Part shown: in pieces, positions 1-12,957 of the stretch
Layout: each line of letters starts with the position of its first letter
How positions within the stretch are numbered: position 1 is the stretch's first letter
NCBI GenBank assembly: GCA_002269645.1
Contig: NIVC01002352.1
Coordinates: 62,001-126,000 of the forward strand
Reading direction: 5' to 3'
DNA length: 64,000 nt
Origin: Macrostomum lignano
Lineage: Eukaryota
Made by a program: the position numbers and the translations under genes
Notes under the pieces: generated by a model
Told to the model about the DNA's origin: nothing
The model's input: only the letters and a program-made list of their open reading frames with translations
Databases searched by the model: none

Positions 1-1
1 C

Positions 2-3000
2 CGCCTGGCCGGCCTCGGCAACTCCTGGCCGGAGGTCGCGAGTTCGAGCCTAGCCGAAAGAATGCTCGAACTCGAATCCGGCGCAGACGAGGAAGCGGAC
101 GATGTGAAGCTGTGGGTGGAGTTTCCGGCCGCGGCAGCTGAAACTCCGGTGCCCGTTGAGCTGAGCTCGGAGCAGGGCGAGCAGCTCAATCCGTGGTTTC
201 TCGGCCTGTCCGGGGTTCAACCTGAAGAGCGGCCTTCACCGGCTGTCACTGACAATGGCGACAATCCCTGGTTCGCCGCCGATGTTAGCCACGTGACCGA
301 CGACGATGGCCAGCTGCTGGTGCACCTGCTGAAGCGCTCCGATCGACGCAAGCTCGACCAGCTGGCCGCCGACTTGGACGCCTTCCTGCGCTCCGCTCCG
401 CTCATGTCGCCGCCATCGCCGCCGCCGCCATCAGCCGCAGTCAGGCAGGTGCTATTCGTTGCCCGCCTGCCCCAGCGCGGCCCCGTCCGGATCCGCTTCG
501 AAGCCTCGGCGGCCGCTGTCTCTCACCGCCTGCTCCGCCTGGTGGACTTTGGCTGCACTGTTGTTGATTTGGCCGCCGTCCCCAGCCCTGAGCCGCTGCC
601 GCTTGACCACCCGCTGGCCAAGCTCGATCCCTTCTGCATCGCCTGCCGGCCGGTGTCGGCCGCAGCCAAGGAGGTTTCAACAGTTGGTGCCGCTGTCTCA
701 GTCAATCTGCTCAGCCTTGCCGATGCGCACCGGCTGATCTGGCTGGCTGACCTGCGCCCGCTAGAGCCGGGAATCCCGCCCTATGCAGCCGCCAGCCGCC
801 TGAAGGTCGGCCAGACACAGCCGGCCCTGCTCTGCTGGCTGGACCCGGCCACCGGCACTGGCCGGTTCTTACTGCGAGACGACCGGCGGCATCTGCGCCG
901 GCTGGCCGACAAGCTGCCCGGCCAGGATGTCAGCCCGGCCACACCGCCCCTGCCCGCTGGCACCCCCGTGATGCTGGCCGCGACACCGACAGCTCCTGCT
1001 CGACGGGCAACCCTGCTGATGGAGCTGCCAGCCGGGGCCGGCCCAGAATCCCACTGCCGACTGCTGCTGGTTGACTACGGAGTTGAAGTTGTTGCCAAGC
1101 TGGCCGAGCTGACTGTTGCGCCGAGAACTGTCGCGTCGACCCCGGCCTGGTCTCTCACCGCTCGGCTAGCCAACTTCGGACAGGCCGACTTTCCGGCCGG
1201 CCAGTTGCAGTGCGGCCGGCTGACCGTGGTGTCCGTGTCTCTAGGCTCCACTGTTGAGGTCTCATACAGTCCCGATTTGAGTCTGCTGCCCGAGCTGCTG
1301 CACGCGCTGAAGCCGGCTTCGAATAGTAAAAAGCACTCGCCCACAGCTGAGACTGTTGGTCTGCCTGCGGCCTATCCTGTCAGGTTGGTTAGCTAATTGT
1401 GCGTAGAATGATAAAACAGAACCTTAATTTTCTAAACAAAAAGCTCTATGAATATCAATAGGGCTTCTCGTATAAGAAAGGCACAGCATATTAAAAGATG
1501 AATATTGGGTCTGCCTCCTAACATTTTTCAAGAAACGAGGTTTCAATTCCTACTTGAGTAGTCCTTGGCAAAAAATGTGAAAGTAGCTGACAAGAATGCT
1601 AAGAAATGTGAAAGTAGCTGACAAGAATGCTAAGAGATGTGAAAGTAGCTGACAAGAATGCTAAGAAATGTGAAAGTAGCTGACAAGAATGCTAAGAGAT
1701 GTGAAAGTAGCTGACAAGAATGCTAAGAGATGTGAAAGTAGCTGACAAGAATGCTAAGAGATGTGAAAGTAGCTGACAAGAATGCTAAGAGATGTGAAAG
1801 TAGCTGACAAGAATGCTAAGAGATGTGAAAGTAGCTGACAAGAATGCTAAGAGATGTGAAAGTAGCTGACAAGAATGCTAAGAAATGTGAATGTAGCTGA
1901 CAAGAATGCTAAGAAATGTGAAAGTAGCTGACAAGAATGCTAAGAAATGTGAAAGTAGCTGATGGGTCTTAAAGATTTTTAATTTTCCTCATCCGTTGCT
2001 AAGGACGCCGGTCAAAGGCCGCGACAGTTGCGTCGTGCTGCACGCGGACCACGCCGCCTCGCTGCACATCCTGATGGACTGCGACGCCGCCATTGCCAAG
2101 CGAATCGCGGATCGCCTCAGTCGCTACCGGCCTCCGGCCAGGCCCGGCCGGGGCGGCGGAGATCAGGCCGACAATGCTGAGGACAATTTCCCTCGGGACT
2201 CCGCCTGTCTGGCCATGGATCAGCGGGACGCCTGCTGGCGCCGGGCTCTGGTACTCAGCCAGGGCGAGTCCGGTGGACACTACCTGGTCCGTCTGGTAGA
2301 CACTGGCAGACTGGCCTGCCTACCAGGCAGCCTGTTGGCGCCACTGCCGGACAGTCTGGCCGAGCAGCCGCCCTGCGCCCTGCACTGCTCGCTGGCCAAC
2401 CTGCAGCCAGGCGAGCTGGCCGGGCCCAGCGTCATTGCCAGCCTGCGCAAGCTGATTGGCCGGCCGGCTATTGTAACTTTTACCTGCTGGCGAGCCTCAG
2501 GCGTCCAGGTAGCGCTGGAGGTCAACGGGCGCGACGTCTTGACCCGGCTGCGTCAGCTGCGCGACCAGCAGCAGCAGCAGTCGCCATCTAGCAGGCGGCA
2601 GAGCAACTCATCTGAGAGCAGTGTGCAGCAGCAGCAGCAGCAGAATCCGCAGACGCTGCAGTCTGCTTTCCAGTTTCAGCCCCAGAATCAGACGCTCCCG
2701 CAGCAACAGCAACAGCAGAATCCGCAGACGCTGCAGTCTGCTTTCCAGTTTCAGCCCCAGAATCAGACGCTCCCGCAGCAGCAGCAGAATCCGCAGACGC
2801 TACAGTCTGCTTTCCAGTTTCAGCCCCAGAATCAGACGCTCCCGCAGCAGCAGCAGAATCCGCAGACGCTACAGTCTGCTTTCCAGTTTCAGCCCCAGAA
2901 TCAGACGCTCCCGCAGCAACAGCAACAGCAGAATCCGCAGACGCTACAGTCTGCTTTCCAGTTTCAGCCCCAGAATCAGACGCTCCCGCAGCAGCAACAA

Positions 3001-3768
3001 CAGAATCAGCCAGACCGCCCGCAGCAGCAGCAACAGAATCAGCCAGACCGCCCGCAGCAGCAGCAACAGAATCAGCCAGACCGCCCGCAGCAGCAGCAAC
3101 AGAATCAGCCAGACCGCCCGCAGCAGCAGCAACAGAATCAGCCAGACCGCCCGCAGCAGCAGCAACAGAATCAGCCAGACCGCCCGCAGCAGCAGAGCGA
3201 GGAGCAGTCGACCATCCCGGCAGGGAATTTCCCGCCGCAGTTCGTTGGCCTGGTTTGCCACGCCTGTCGCATTGGGCCGGAGGAGCTGGCGCTGTTTGCC
3301 CAGCGGGTGGATGAGCAAACGCGGCTGGAGGAGCTGCACGAACTGCTGCAGGAACGGGCAGCTGACCAGCCGGCGCTGTCGGCAGCTGAGCTCACTGTCG
3401 GGACGCCCTGCATCGCCCTGTACGAGGAGGACTGGTACCGAGCTCGCATTGTCGAGCCGGCCGATGCCGCAGGCCGGCTGCGAGTCCGTTTTGTCGACTA
3501 CGGCAACGAGTCGTTCGGTTCAGCCGCCGACGAGCTCCGGGTTCGCCGAGTGCCCGTCTCGGCCGCCGGAGTCCCAGCCCTGGCCGCCGAGTGTCGCCTG
3601 CGGCCGCCCGCTGGCCGCCGATTCGCTGACGGCTGCGCCGCTAAGCTGATCGCCCTGGGCGAGGAGGACGACGGCGGCCTGCAACTGCGGCTCACTTCGC
3701 CGCGTCAGCCGGAGGGCTGGTGGCGCGCCGAGGTGCCGGACGATATAGCTGCGACTCTGCTGGAGTGA
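2..3768 (+). CDS. Multi-Tudor-domain protein (TDRD-like), 5'-partial, 2 exons: <2..1383 and 2004..3768
   Basis: The frame is open from the window edge. Donor AG|GTTGGT at 1383/1384 and acceptor AG|G at 2003/2004 are both phase 2, joining ...AYPVR-TPVKG... The C-terminal extended Tudor is canonical (VGTPCIALYEEDWYRARIV...RVRFVDYGN). At least three degenerate Tudor units precede it (LRLVDFG, LLLVDYG, WRRALV...LVRLVDTG). Confidence 0.85.
1573..1961. repeat. 31-bp minisatellite, about 12 copies, in the Tudor gene intron
   Basis: Unit AAATGTGAAAGTAGCTGACAAGAATGCTAAG with A/G variants. Confidence 0.95.
2630..3195 (+). repeat. Coding Gln-rich tandem repeats in the Tudor protein
   Basis: QNPQTLQSAFQFQPQNQTLPQQQ(QQ) x5, then about 6 copies of QQQQQNQPDRP, all in frame. 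Confidence 0.95.
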
Positions 3769-4542
3769 GCTGTATTGTTTGACTGATTTTTTCCCGCGCT
3801 CCTAGCGCTCCTAGACGCTGATTGGCCGTGTCGTGTAATGGAAATTCTTTATGAGACTTTATGGACGTGTAATGGACTTTACTAACCATGAAGTAATTGG
3901 CCCTCTTTTGTGCTGCTATAATGCTATGAACTCTAATAAAATAGCAAATTTTGCTGTGTCTGCATGGCTTCTGTATTTCTTGTTACTCTGTATTTTCTGT
4001 TGTTTAATACCGTATGGATGTCTGATTCATTACACATTTTTGTTTTAATGATGCTTCATTGGCCCACGAATATATAAACGGTTGTACCTTCTAAGAGAGA
4101 GAGAGAGAGAAGCGAGAGAGAAAAAGAGAGAGAAAGAGCGCACTTTAAGTTTGATTTTTTAATATTAATTAAGCAAGCAAGCCTACCACTGATAAGATAA
4201 TATCAATACATTAGTACCCTATTCGTGTACGTTACTGTACTTTCTGAAAGTACGCTGAAGTAGAAGCTTGCGCCGTTTTCATGTTGTCTGCTGTTAACTT
4301 TGGTTAGCAGTGTTATTACTTTTAGTAGTGCCCGTAGCGCATGATAGGGTAGTTTTCTTCAATAATTTTTTTCTTCCAGTACGTTTACCCTTGTTTAATT
4401 TTTTGTGTATTTTTTACTTTTGTTTGAATTTCTTCAATTACTTGCAAATACAGCCACTTGCATTTTTAAACCTGTGCCAATGCCGGCAGCAGGGCATGTT
4501 CAACTTGAAAGTATGGGCGCATTTTTTAGCTCTTAAATCTCT

Positions 4543-4685
4543 TGACTGACTGACTGACTGACTGACTGACTGACTGACTGACTGACTGACTGACTGACTG
4601 ACTGACTGACTGACTGACTGACTGACTGACTGACTGACTGACTGACTGACTGACTGACTGACTGACTGACTGGATGACTGACTGG
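4543..4685. repeat. (GACT)n microsatellite
   Basis: Direct inspection. Confidence 0.97.
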
Positions 4686-5272
4686 ATGACTCCAATTATA
4701 TCTAGTTGGGCTAATGAATAAACTTATCGCAATTTTGCTTAGTAACAATCCAGCTCATGGCTGCGGGCCAGATGAGAGAGAAAAGGAGAGAGAATAGAGG
4801 AGATAAGAGAGGAGAGGAGACAAAAAAGCTGAGAAGAGACAAACCTTGAGCAGCCGGATTGCTATTGTGAAGTTTCAAAGGACCCGAGACCCTTATAGAG
4901 AGGCTTCGCGGGCCGGAGTTTTACGACTCTTAACTTACAGTATTCATGTACATACATGCATGTACGAGTATACTCTTCTTAACATGTCCAATATATCAGC
5001 AAGATTTCATCCAATCAGCGCTGATTGTAATAAGCTGACCAGATGAAACCTCATTGGTCAGAACGTCGCACCCCTCCCCCACCCCAACCGTTCACCCTTT
5101 TACCCCTGCCCCCAGCCCGACCCACCCCACCCCCAAAGCTGAACTAATCAAATCGATAAGCAGTCATAAAACACCCGGCGCTTGCAGGGCAGCCAGTCTA
5201 GCCTGCCTAACTAGAGAGAACTAGATTAGAAGCCTCCGTCTAATTAACTCAACTGTACTCTTGTGGCTGGCT

Positions 5273-5812
5273 ATGAAGACGAGCCTTGCACGACACCAGC
5301 TAGTACTCGATGTACTGTTATTGCTGGCCTCTGCGGCCACAGTCTACGCTGGCTCGGGCAGCAGCAGCAAAATCCGGTACGTACCGGTGCGTTCGCCCAC
5401 GGCCTCCCTGTTCCACCCCGGGGCCACCGGCCTAGTCAAGGTGGTGCAATCCGGCTATAAGTACGGCAACCTTGGCAGCAACGGTCTCTATGGCCGAGGC
5501 AAGGGCAATAACGGCGGCTACGTTTATTATGACCAATTGCCGAGCTACGGCAAGGGCTACAGTAGCGGCGGTAGAAGCGGCCATGGTTACTATAGTACAA
5601 GTAATGCGAATGGCTACGGTGGCAAGGGTTATATCTATTATGACCAGCTGCCAAGCTATAGTAAAGCACGCAACCGCGGCTACGATTACTATGGCGACGA
5701 GTCTAACGATTATTACGAAAATAGCTACTACGGTTACTATGGCAACGATGGCTACGGCTACGGCTACTACGGAGAGAAATACCCGACCAGGCCGAGGTCC
5801 CATCGATACTAA
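5273..5812 (+). CDS. Secreted Gly/Tyr-rich protein, 179 aa, single exon (eggshell/structural-protein-like)
   Basis: ATG at 5273 and a hydrophobic signal peptide (LVLDVLLLLASAATVYA). The mature part has about 30 Tyr, many Gly and no Cys, plus an internal duplication GYVYYDQLPSYGK / GYIYYDQLPSYSK. Stop TAA at 5810-5812. Confidence 0.8.
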   Translation: MKTSLARHQLVLDVLLLLASAATVYAGSGSSSKIRYVPVRSPTASLFHPGATGLVKVVQSGYKYGNLGSNGLYGRGKGNNGGYVYYDQLPSYGKGYSSGGRSGHGYYSTSNANGYGGKGYIYYDQLPSYSKARNRGYDYYGDESNDYYENSYYGYYGNDGYGYGYYGEKYPTRPRSHRY

Positions 5813-6596
5813 AAAATGCTCGCACTCTGCCAATATAGTACTTGTAGTAGTTTCCGGACTGCTTAAGCTAAATTGAATTGGAAAGAAATAGACTGATGTT
5901 GATGATGGCTATACTATATAGTTTTTGATACAAATTATTCATCCAACTTTTATATGGACTGCATTTGACTTGAATATGTTGTCGAGAATTAATCAGACAC
6001 AGGTCCACCCTCTGGAGGGGGGTTGGGAAGTCATGGCGAGTTCGAGCATTGGACCGCGCGTAACTATATAAAACTCTTGTAAATCGCTATAAGTGATAGA
6101 GAGAATTATTGATCAATTAAGACACAAGGATTTGGAGGATTAGGGCTCACTAATAGTGGTATGAAGACCGCTAATTCTTATTACATTGGTTAAAATTAAT
6201 CGAATTCGGGGGGATATTTGAACGCATTGCCAATTTTCGAGCTTGAAACAGAATTTGAGAAGATCGCAGGTTGAAGCTGCTTGAGCACTGGAGAATCTCT
6301 TCACGGGAGAGAATGAGTAAGAGGAGAAAGAGGTCCGGGAAAGAAGCCTATGAAATTCCCTCAAGTACCGTTTCTTTGACTTTAGCCATGGGCTTCTGGA
6401 AAATCTATAGTGGACTGGCGGAAAGGCCACACAGAAAAACTTCGAATAGTTTTATTTCAATTAACCCAAAATTTTTTTTTTGGTCTTTGAGGGCGGCATT
6501 TCATTTTATTGGGCGCCATTTCATTTTATTGGGTGCCATCTCATATGAGTGGGTGGCGTTTCTTTTAGATAAAAAATTACCCACTACTAGTGAATT

Positions 6597-6844
6597 GGCG
6601 CCAAAGACACTGTAAGGGGCGCCAAAGACACTGTGAAGGGGCGCCAAAGACACTGTGAAGGGGCGCCAAAGACACTGTTAAGGGGCGCCAAAGACACTGT
6701 TAAGGGGCGCCAAAGACACTGTTAAGGGGCGCCAAAGACACTGTGAAGGGGCGCCAAAGACACTGTGAAGGGGCGCCAAAGACACTGTTAAGGGGCGCCA
6801 AAGACACTGTGAAGGGGCGCCAAAGACACTGTGAAGGGGCGCCG
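6597..6844. repeat. 22-bp minisatellite, about 11 copies
   Basis: Unit GCGCCAAAGACACTGT(G/T)AAGGG. Confidence 0.95.
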
Positions 6845-7190
6845 AATGCTTCTCCAGCCGATTTGGGAGGGCTTCACCTCCCAGCTACCGGCTGAATTTC
6901 GTTGCAGCTACGAGCCATGAATCATCCGGCAAAGGGTGTCGTTTTATTACCAACTATATTTGGTTTCTAGTACAGGAAAAGTTTTTAAAGCAGTCCATGA
7001 GCAGAAGCCACTAAAAGTTGCGTGCCTTCCTTCCTTCTAACTGCACCAGTCGCGCCGTGAAAATCTTGAGAAACAAGCCAAGCGTTCATCTACAAGAATG
7101 AGTTTCTACTGAGAGAGTCGGGAGTGCTAAAGGCGAGACGGTAAGGCCGCGACATGGACTACTCAGGTTAAACATCTGGACTGGCAAGCT

Positions 7191-8097
<907 letters not shown>

Positions 8098-8819
8098 ATT
8101 TCATTCTAATCTAATCTAATCTATGTCTTCTAATATATCTATCTTCTATCTTAATGTACATCTTCTGTGTGTAAATGGGGAATTTAGAGAAATTATCGCA
8201 GCCAGAGCTCCGTGGCCATCCAGACTCTCCATCCAGTACTCCCTGACAGCTCAGGCACGACAAGCTCCTCAAAGGAGCTTGAGGAAGATAAGAAGGCAGC
8301 TTCTCCAGCCGGAATTCCCACGGCGGCAGCTGGGGGACAAGTACAATGCAGCGCTGATTTCCCATGCCTGAAGCCGCGGGATTTCTGGCCCTCGACAAGT
8401 CCCAACCGTGTGGGCATTTTCCAACATCCCAATTTACTTTACCTCCCATTTTTATCCCAATATCCCAAATCAATTCGGCTTATATTTTATTTCGAACTCA
8501 AAAAAGCCTCCAGTTGCTGATTGGACTCTCAATGGAGGGAATTCGGTTGGAGCGCCCCAGCCAACCAGTGGGCAACTTGCAGATCCCCAGCTTCATATAT
8601 AATATTCTCCATCCTTCAGAGCGAACCTTCGCTATTTATCCCTGCGATAAAGCACAGTTTCTAAAAATACTTTGATTTCTCGGGATTTCTTCGAATTCAT
8701 GCAGGTGTAAAAATGAACTCGCTCTGCATTCTGCTTTGGTGAGAATTTTTATTCTGTTCGAAGCTGATTTAATTGCTGAGAAGTTGCCTGTTTTTGATAC
8801 TTCAGGAGTCTGTGGCTTC

Positions 8820-10440
8820 CTTCAGGTTCCCATTTAGATTTCCCTTCAGATCTCTCTCAGGTCCTCCTTCAGGTCCCTCTTAAGGTCACCCTTCGGCCTT
8901 AGAGTCTCCCTTCGGATCTCCCTTCAGGTCTTCCTTCAGGTACTCTTCATCAGATTCTCTTCAGGTCTCCCTTCAGGTCTCCATTCAGGTCTCCCTTCAG
9001 GTCTCCCTTCAGGTCTCCCTTCAGGTCTCCCTTCAGGTACTCTTCATCAGGTTCTCTTCAGGTCTCCCTTCAGGTCTCCCTTCAGGTCTCCCTTCAGGTC
9101 TCCATTCAGGTCTCCCTTCAGGTACTCTTCATCAGGTTCTCTTCAGGTCTCCCTTCAGGTCTCCATTCAGGTCTCCCTTCAGGTCTCCATTCAGGTCTCC
9201 CTTCAGGTACTCTTCAGGTTCTCTTCAGGTATCCCTTTAGGTCTCCATTCAGGTCTCCCTTCAGGTCTCCCTTCAGGTCTCCCTTCAGGTCTCCCTTCAG
9301 GTCTCCCTTCAGGTCTCCATTCAGGTCTCCCTTCAGGTACTCTTCAGGTTCTCTTCAGGTATCCCTTCAGGTCTCCATTCAGGTCTCCCTTCAGGTACTC
9401 TTCAGGTTCTCTTCAGGTCTCCCTTCAGGTCTCCCTTCAGGTCTCCATTCAGGTCTCCCTTCAGGTACTCTTCAGGTTCTCTTCAGGTTCTCTTCAGGTA
9501 TCCCTTCAGGTCTCCATTCAGGTCTCCCTTCAGGTTTCCCTTCAGGTCTCCCTTCAGGTCTCCCTTAAGGTCTCCCTTCAGGTCTCCCTTCAGGTCTCCA
9601 TTCAGGTCTCCCTTCAGGTACTCTTCAGGTTCTCTTCAGGTATCCCTTCAGGTCTCCATTCAGGTATCCCTTCAGGTCTCCATTCAGGTCTCCCTTCAGG
9701 TCTCCCTTCAGGTCTCCCTTCAGGTCTCCCTTCAGGTCTCCCTTCAGGTCTCCCTTCAGGTCTCCATTCAGGTCTCCCTTCAGGTACTCTTCAGGTTCTC
9801 TTCAGGTATCCCTTCAGGTCTCCATTCAGGTCTCCCTTCAGGTCTCCCTTCAGGTCTCCCTTCAGGTCTCCCTTCAGGTCTCCCTTCAGGTCTCCCTTCA
9901 GGTCTCCATTCAGGTCTCCCTTCAGGTACTCTTCAGGTTCTCTTCAGGTATCCCTTCAGGTCTCCATTCAGGTATCCCTTCAGGTCTCCATTCAGGTCTC
10001 CCTTCAGGTCTCCCTTCAGGTCTCCCTTCAGGTCTCCCTTCAGGTCTCCCTTCAGGTCTCCCTTCAGGTCTCCATTCAGGTCTCCCTTCAGGTACTCTTC
10101 AGGTTCTCTTCAGGTATCCCTTCAGGTCTCCATTCAGGTCTCCCTTCAGGTCTCCCTTCAGGTCTCCTTTCAGGTCTCCCTTCAGGTCTCCCTTCAGGTC
10201 TCCCTTCAGGTCTCCCTTCAGGTCTCCTTTCAGGTCTCCTTTCAGGTCTCCCTTCAGGTCTCCCTTCAGGTCTCCCTTCAGGTCTCCCTTCAGGTCTCCC
10301 TTCAGGTATCCCTTCAGGTCTCCCTTCAGGTCTCCCATCAGGTCTCCCTTCAGGTCTCCCTTCAGGTCTCCCTTCAGGTCTCCCTTCAGGTCTTCCCTTC
10401 AGGTCTCCTTTCAGGTCTCCCTTCAGATCCTTTTCAGGTC
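8820..10440. repeat. 12-bp minisatellite CAGGTCTCCCTT, about 1.6 kb, with recurring variant units
   Basis: Direct inspection. Variants include CAGGTCTCCATT, CAGGTACTCTT, CAGGTTCTCTT and CAGGTATCCCTT. Confidence 0.97.
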
Positions 10441-11012
10441 CCCTAGCTTCAGGTCGTCTTCGTGTCCAACGTCAGGTCTCCCTTTAGTTCCCCTTTCAGT
10501 GTCCCTTCAGCTAACATTCAGCCCCTCTTCAGGCCCCATTTCAGTTGCACTTCAGCTCTCCCCACCCAGGAGTGCCAGCCCAAGCCCAGATCAAGTCAGA
10601 CCGCATTCTGTGCTGAAGCGGACAGCTCGTTAGGCCAAGTCAGCCGCTAGAAATTCCTTGGCAACAGAAAATTTGTGCAGCAGCACTGACTGACTGATTG
10701 GCTCTGTCATCTCCCCTCCCAACTTGCTGATGCATCGACCCAAGAAGAGTCTCGACCGCCATTTCCCTTTCTAATCGCTACAAAAACGAGCATATCTTCC
10801 TTTCTTGTCTCACTCAGCATCATTAATCCTTGAATTAGTGCTGCTGATGAAGTTCGGCTTTGCTCAGCTGCAGGCTTAATTATTATTTTGCAAACTGGTG
10901 CGCCCTCAGCTGCCTGATGGTCTCCGCTCGGTTGAAGCGCGCGGCATCGACTGGAAATGATGTGGCGGCTTCCGCTCTCAAGTCTGCGCAGTTTCCCGCT
11001 CCGGATTCCGCT

Positions 11013-11230
11013 CCTCATCCCGAGCAATCCGCCCCTCATCCCGAGCAATCCGCCCCTCATCCTGAGCAATCCGCCCCTCATCCCGAGCAATCCGCCCCTC
11101 ATTCTGAGCAATCCGCCCCTCATTCTGAGCAATCCGCCCCTCATTCTGAGCAATCCACCCTCATTCTGAGCAATCCGCCCCTCATCCTGAGCAATCCGCC
11201 CCTCATTCTGAGCAATCCGCCCCTCATCCC
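11013..11230. repeat. 21-bp minisatellite (GAGCAATCCGCCCCTCAT(C/T)C(C/T)), about 10 copies, abutting the HS3ST catalytic domain
   Basis: Direct inspection. One unit near 11158 is 1 nt short. Confidence 0.93.
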
Positions 11231-11644
11231 GGGCCGCCCGAGCTCGCCGCCTGCCGGCCTGCATCATCATTGGGGTTCGCAAAGGCGGCACCCGGGCGGC
11301 GCTCCGCTTCCTGGCGCTGCACCCCGACGTGGCCGCCGCCGAACGCGAGGCGCACTTTTTCGACCGGTTCCCCGACGAAGCCGACGGCACCGACGAAGAG
11401 GCCCTGCGCCCGGAGCTCTACCGTCTCCGCATGCCGCTGTCGCTGGCCGGTCAGCTGACGGCGGAGAAGACGCCGGCCTACTTCCACACACCGGCCGTGA
11501 CGGCTCGGATGAGCAGATTCTTCGGCAACGAATCTCAGGCACTGCGCAAACTTGTGCTGGTGGTTCGGAATCCGATTGACCGGCTGGTGTCCGACTACCT
11601 GCAGGTGCGTTGGTTGGTTAGTTAGTTAGTTAGTCAGTAAGTTG

Positions 11645-11678
<34 letters not shown>

Positions 11679-11713
11679 CAGTAAGTTGGTTAGTTAGTTA
11701 GTTAGTTAGTTAT

Positions 11714-11758
<45 letters not shown>

Positions 11759-11852
11759 CAGTTAGTTAGTTAGTCAGTTAGTTTGTTAGTTAGTCAGTTA
11801 GTTAGTTAGTCAGTTAGTTAGTTAGTCAGTTAGTTAGTTAGTCAGTAAGTTG

Positions 11853-11886
<34 letters not shown>

Positions 11887-11896
11887 CAGTAAGTTG

Positions 11897-11978
<82 letters not shown>

Positions 11979-12013
11979 CAGTAAGTTGGTTAGTTAGTTA
12001 GTTAGTTAGTTAT

Positions 12014-12058
<45 letters not shown>

Positions 12059-12152
12059 CAGTTAGTTAGTTAGTCAGTTAGTTTGTTAGTTAGTCAGTTA
12101 GTTAGTTAGTCAGTTAGTTAGTTAGTCAGTTAGTTAGTTAGTCAGTAAGTTG

Positions 12153-12186
<34 letters not shown>

Positions 12187-12196
12187 CAGTAAGTTG

Positions 12197-12274
<78 letters not shown>

Positions 12275-12315
12275 CAGTTAGTTAGTTAGTCAGTTAGTTA
12301 GTTAGTTAGTTAGTC

Positions 12316-12352
<37 letters not shown>

Positions 12353-12371
12353 GTCAGTTAGTTAGTTAGTC

Positions 12372-12409
<38 letters not shown>

Positions 12410-12941
12410 CCAGTACATTAAGCACTCTGTTTTTATTCGCCAGGTCAAATCGAATCGCAGACGCCGCGGTCGCGGTCATCCACCGCTGGAGCGGCTGCTC
12501 CTTCTGCCCGCGAACGGACCCAGGAGCGGCCGCAACCAGCTGAACCTGCGCTACCGCCCGCTGCGTCGCTCCCTCTACGACGTCCACATGAGCCGCTTCC
12601 TGGCCCGCTTCCCGTTGGAGATGTTTCACATCGTCGACGGGACAAACTGGCCAGGCGGCCGTACCAGAGATGCGCCGCCTCGAGGCCGCGCTGGGCCTGG
12701 CGCCCCGGCTGCGGCCGGACATGTTCTACTATAACGCCACCCGCGGCTTCTACTGCATAGCCGGAAAGAGCGCCGGACGCAAAGCCGGAAGCAGCGTCGG
12801 TTGGGGCTGCCTGGCGGAGTCCAAAGGGCGTCGGCATCCGCCGTTGAAACCGTCGACCGACGGCTGCTGGCCGGGTTTCTTCGGCCGCACGCGAGTCGCT
12901 TCGAGCGCCTGGTTGGTCGACAATTTCACTGGCGGCTGTGA
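11212..12941 (+). CDS. HS3ST: Heparan sulfate glucosamine 3-O-sulfotransferase (HS3ST family), frameshifted in this sequence; exons ~11212..11604 and 12444..12941; N-terminus uncertain (candidate stem exon from ~10874)
   Basis: Motifs: RRLPACIIIGVRKGGTRA (5'-PSB loop), EAHFFD, EKTPAYF, VVRNPIDRLVSDY (3'-PB), FYYNATRGFYC, CLAESKGRRHP and FERLVGRQFHW. The phase-0 intron runs 11605..12443. Three -1 shifts (near 12640, 12667 and 12858) are needed to read exon 2 through. Confidence 0.88.
11612..12408. repeat. (GTTA)n microsatellite filling the HS3ST intron, with higher-order GTCA/GTAA interruptions
   Basis: Direct inspection. Confidence 0.97.
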
Positions 12942-12957
12942 TGTGACGGCTGGTTGA

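Noticed and set aside
4438-4545. Cys/Lys-rich minus-strand frame KKCAHTFKLNMPCCRHWHRFKNASGCICK
   Set aside because: No recognisable domain, start or partner exon. The ORF is open mainly because of the adjacent (GACT)n.
6001-6075. GGTCCA...TGGACC hairpin with a B-box-like GAGTTCGAGC; considered as an HDV-like ribozyme or SINE
   Set aside because: I could not build the nested double pseudoknot or find an A-box.
8190-8680. Cluster of overlapping 60-120 aa ORFs and a 9-bp hairpin CAAGCTCCT/AGGAGCTTG
   Set aside because: No recognisable protein motif or consistent splice sites. It may be a decayed element but I cannot support that.
12630-12870. Programmed ribosomal frameshifting in HS3ST or the neuropeptide gene
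   Set aside because: There is no X XXY YYZ slippery heptamer with a downstream structure. Multiple single-base deficits are better explained by sequence error or decay.
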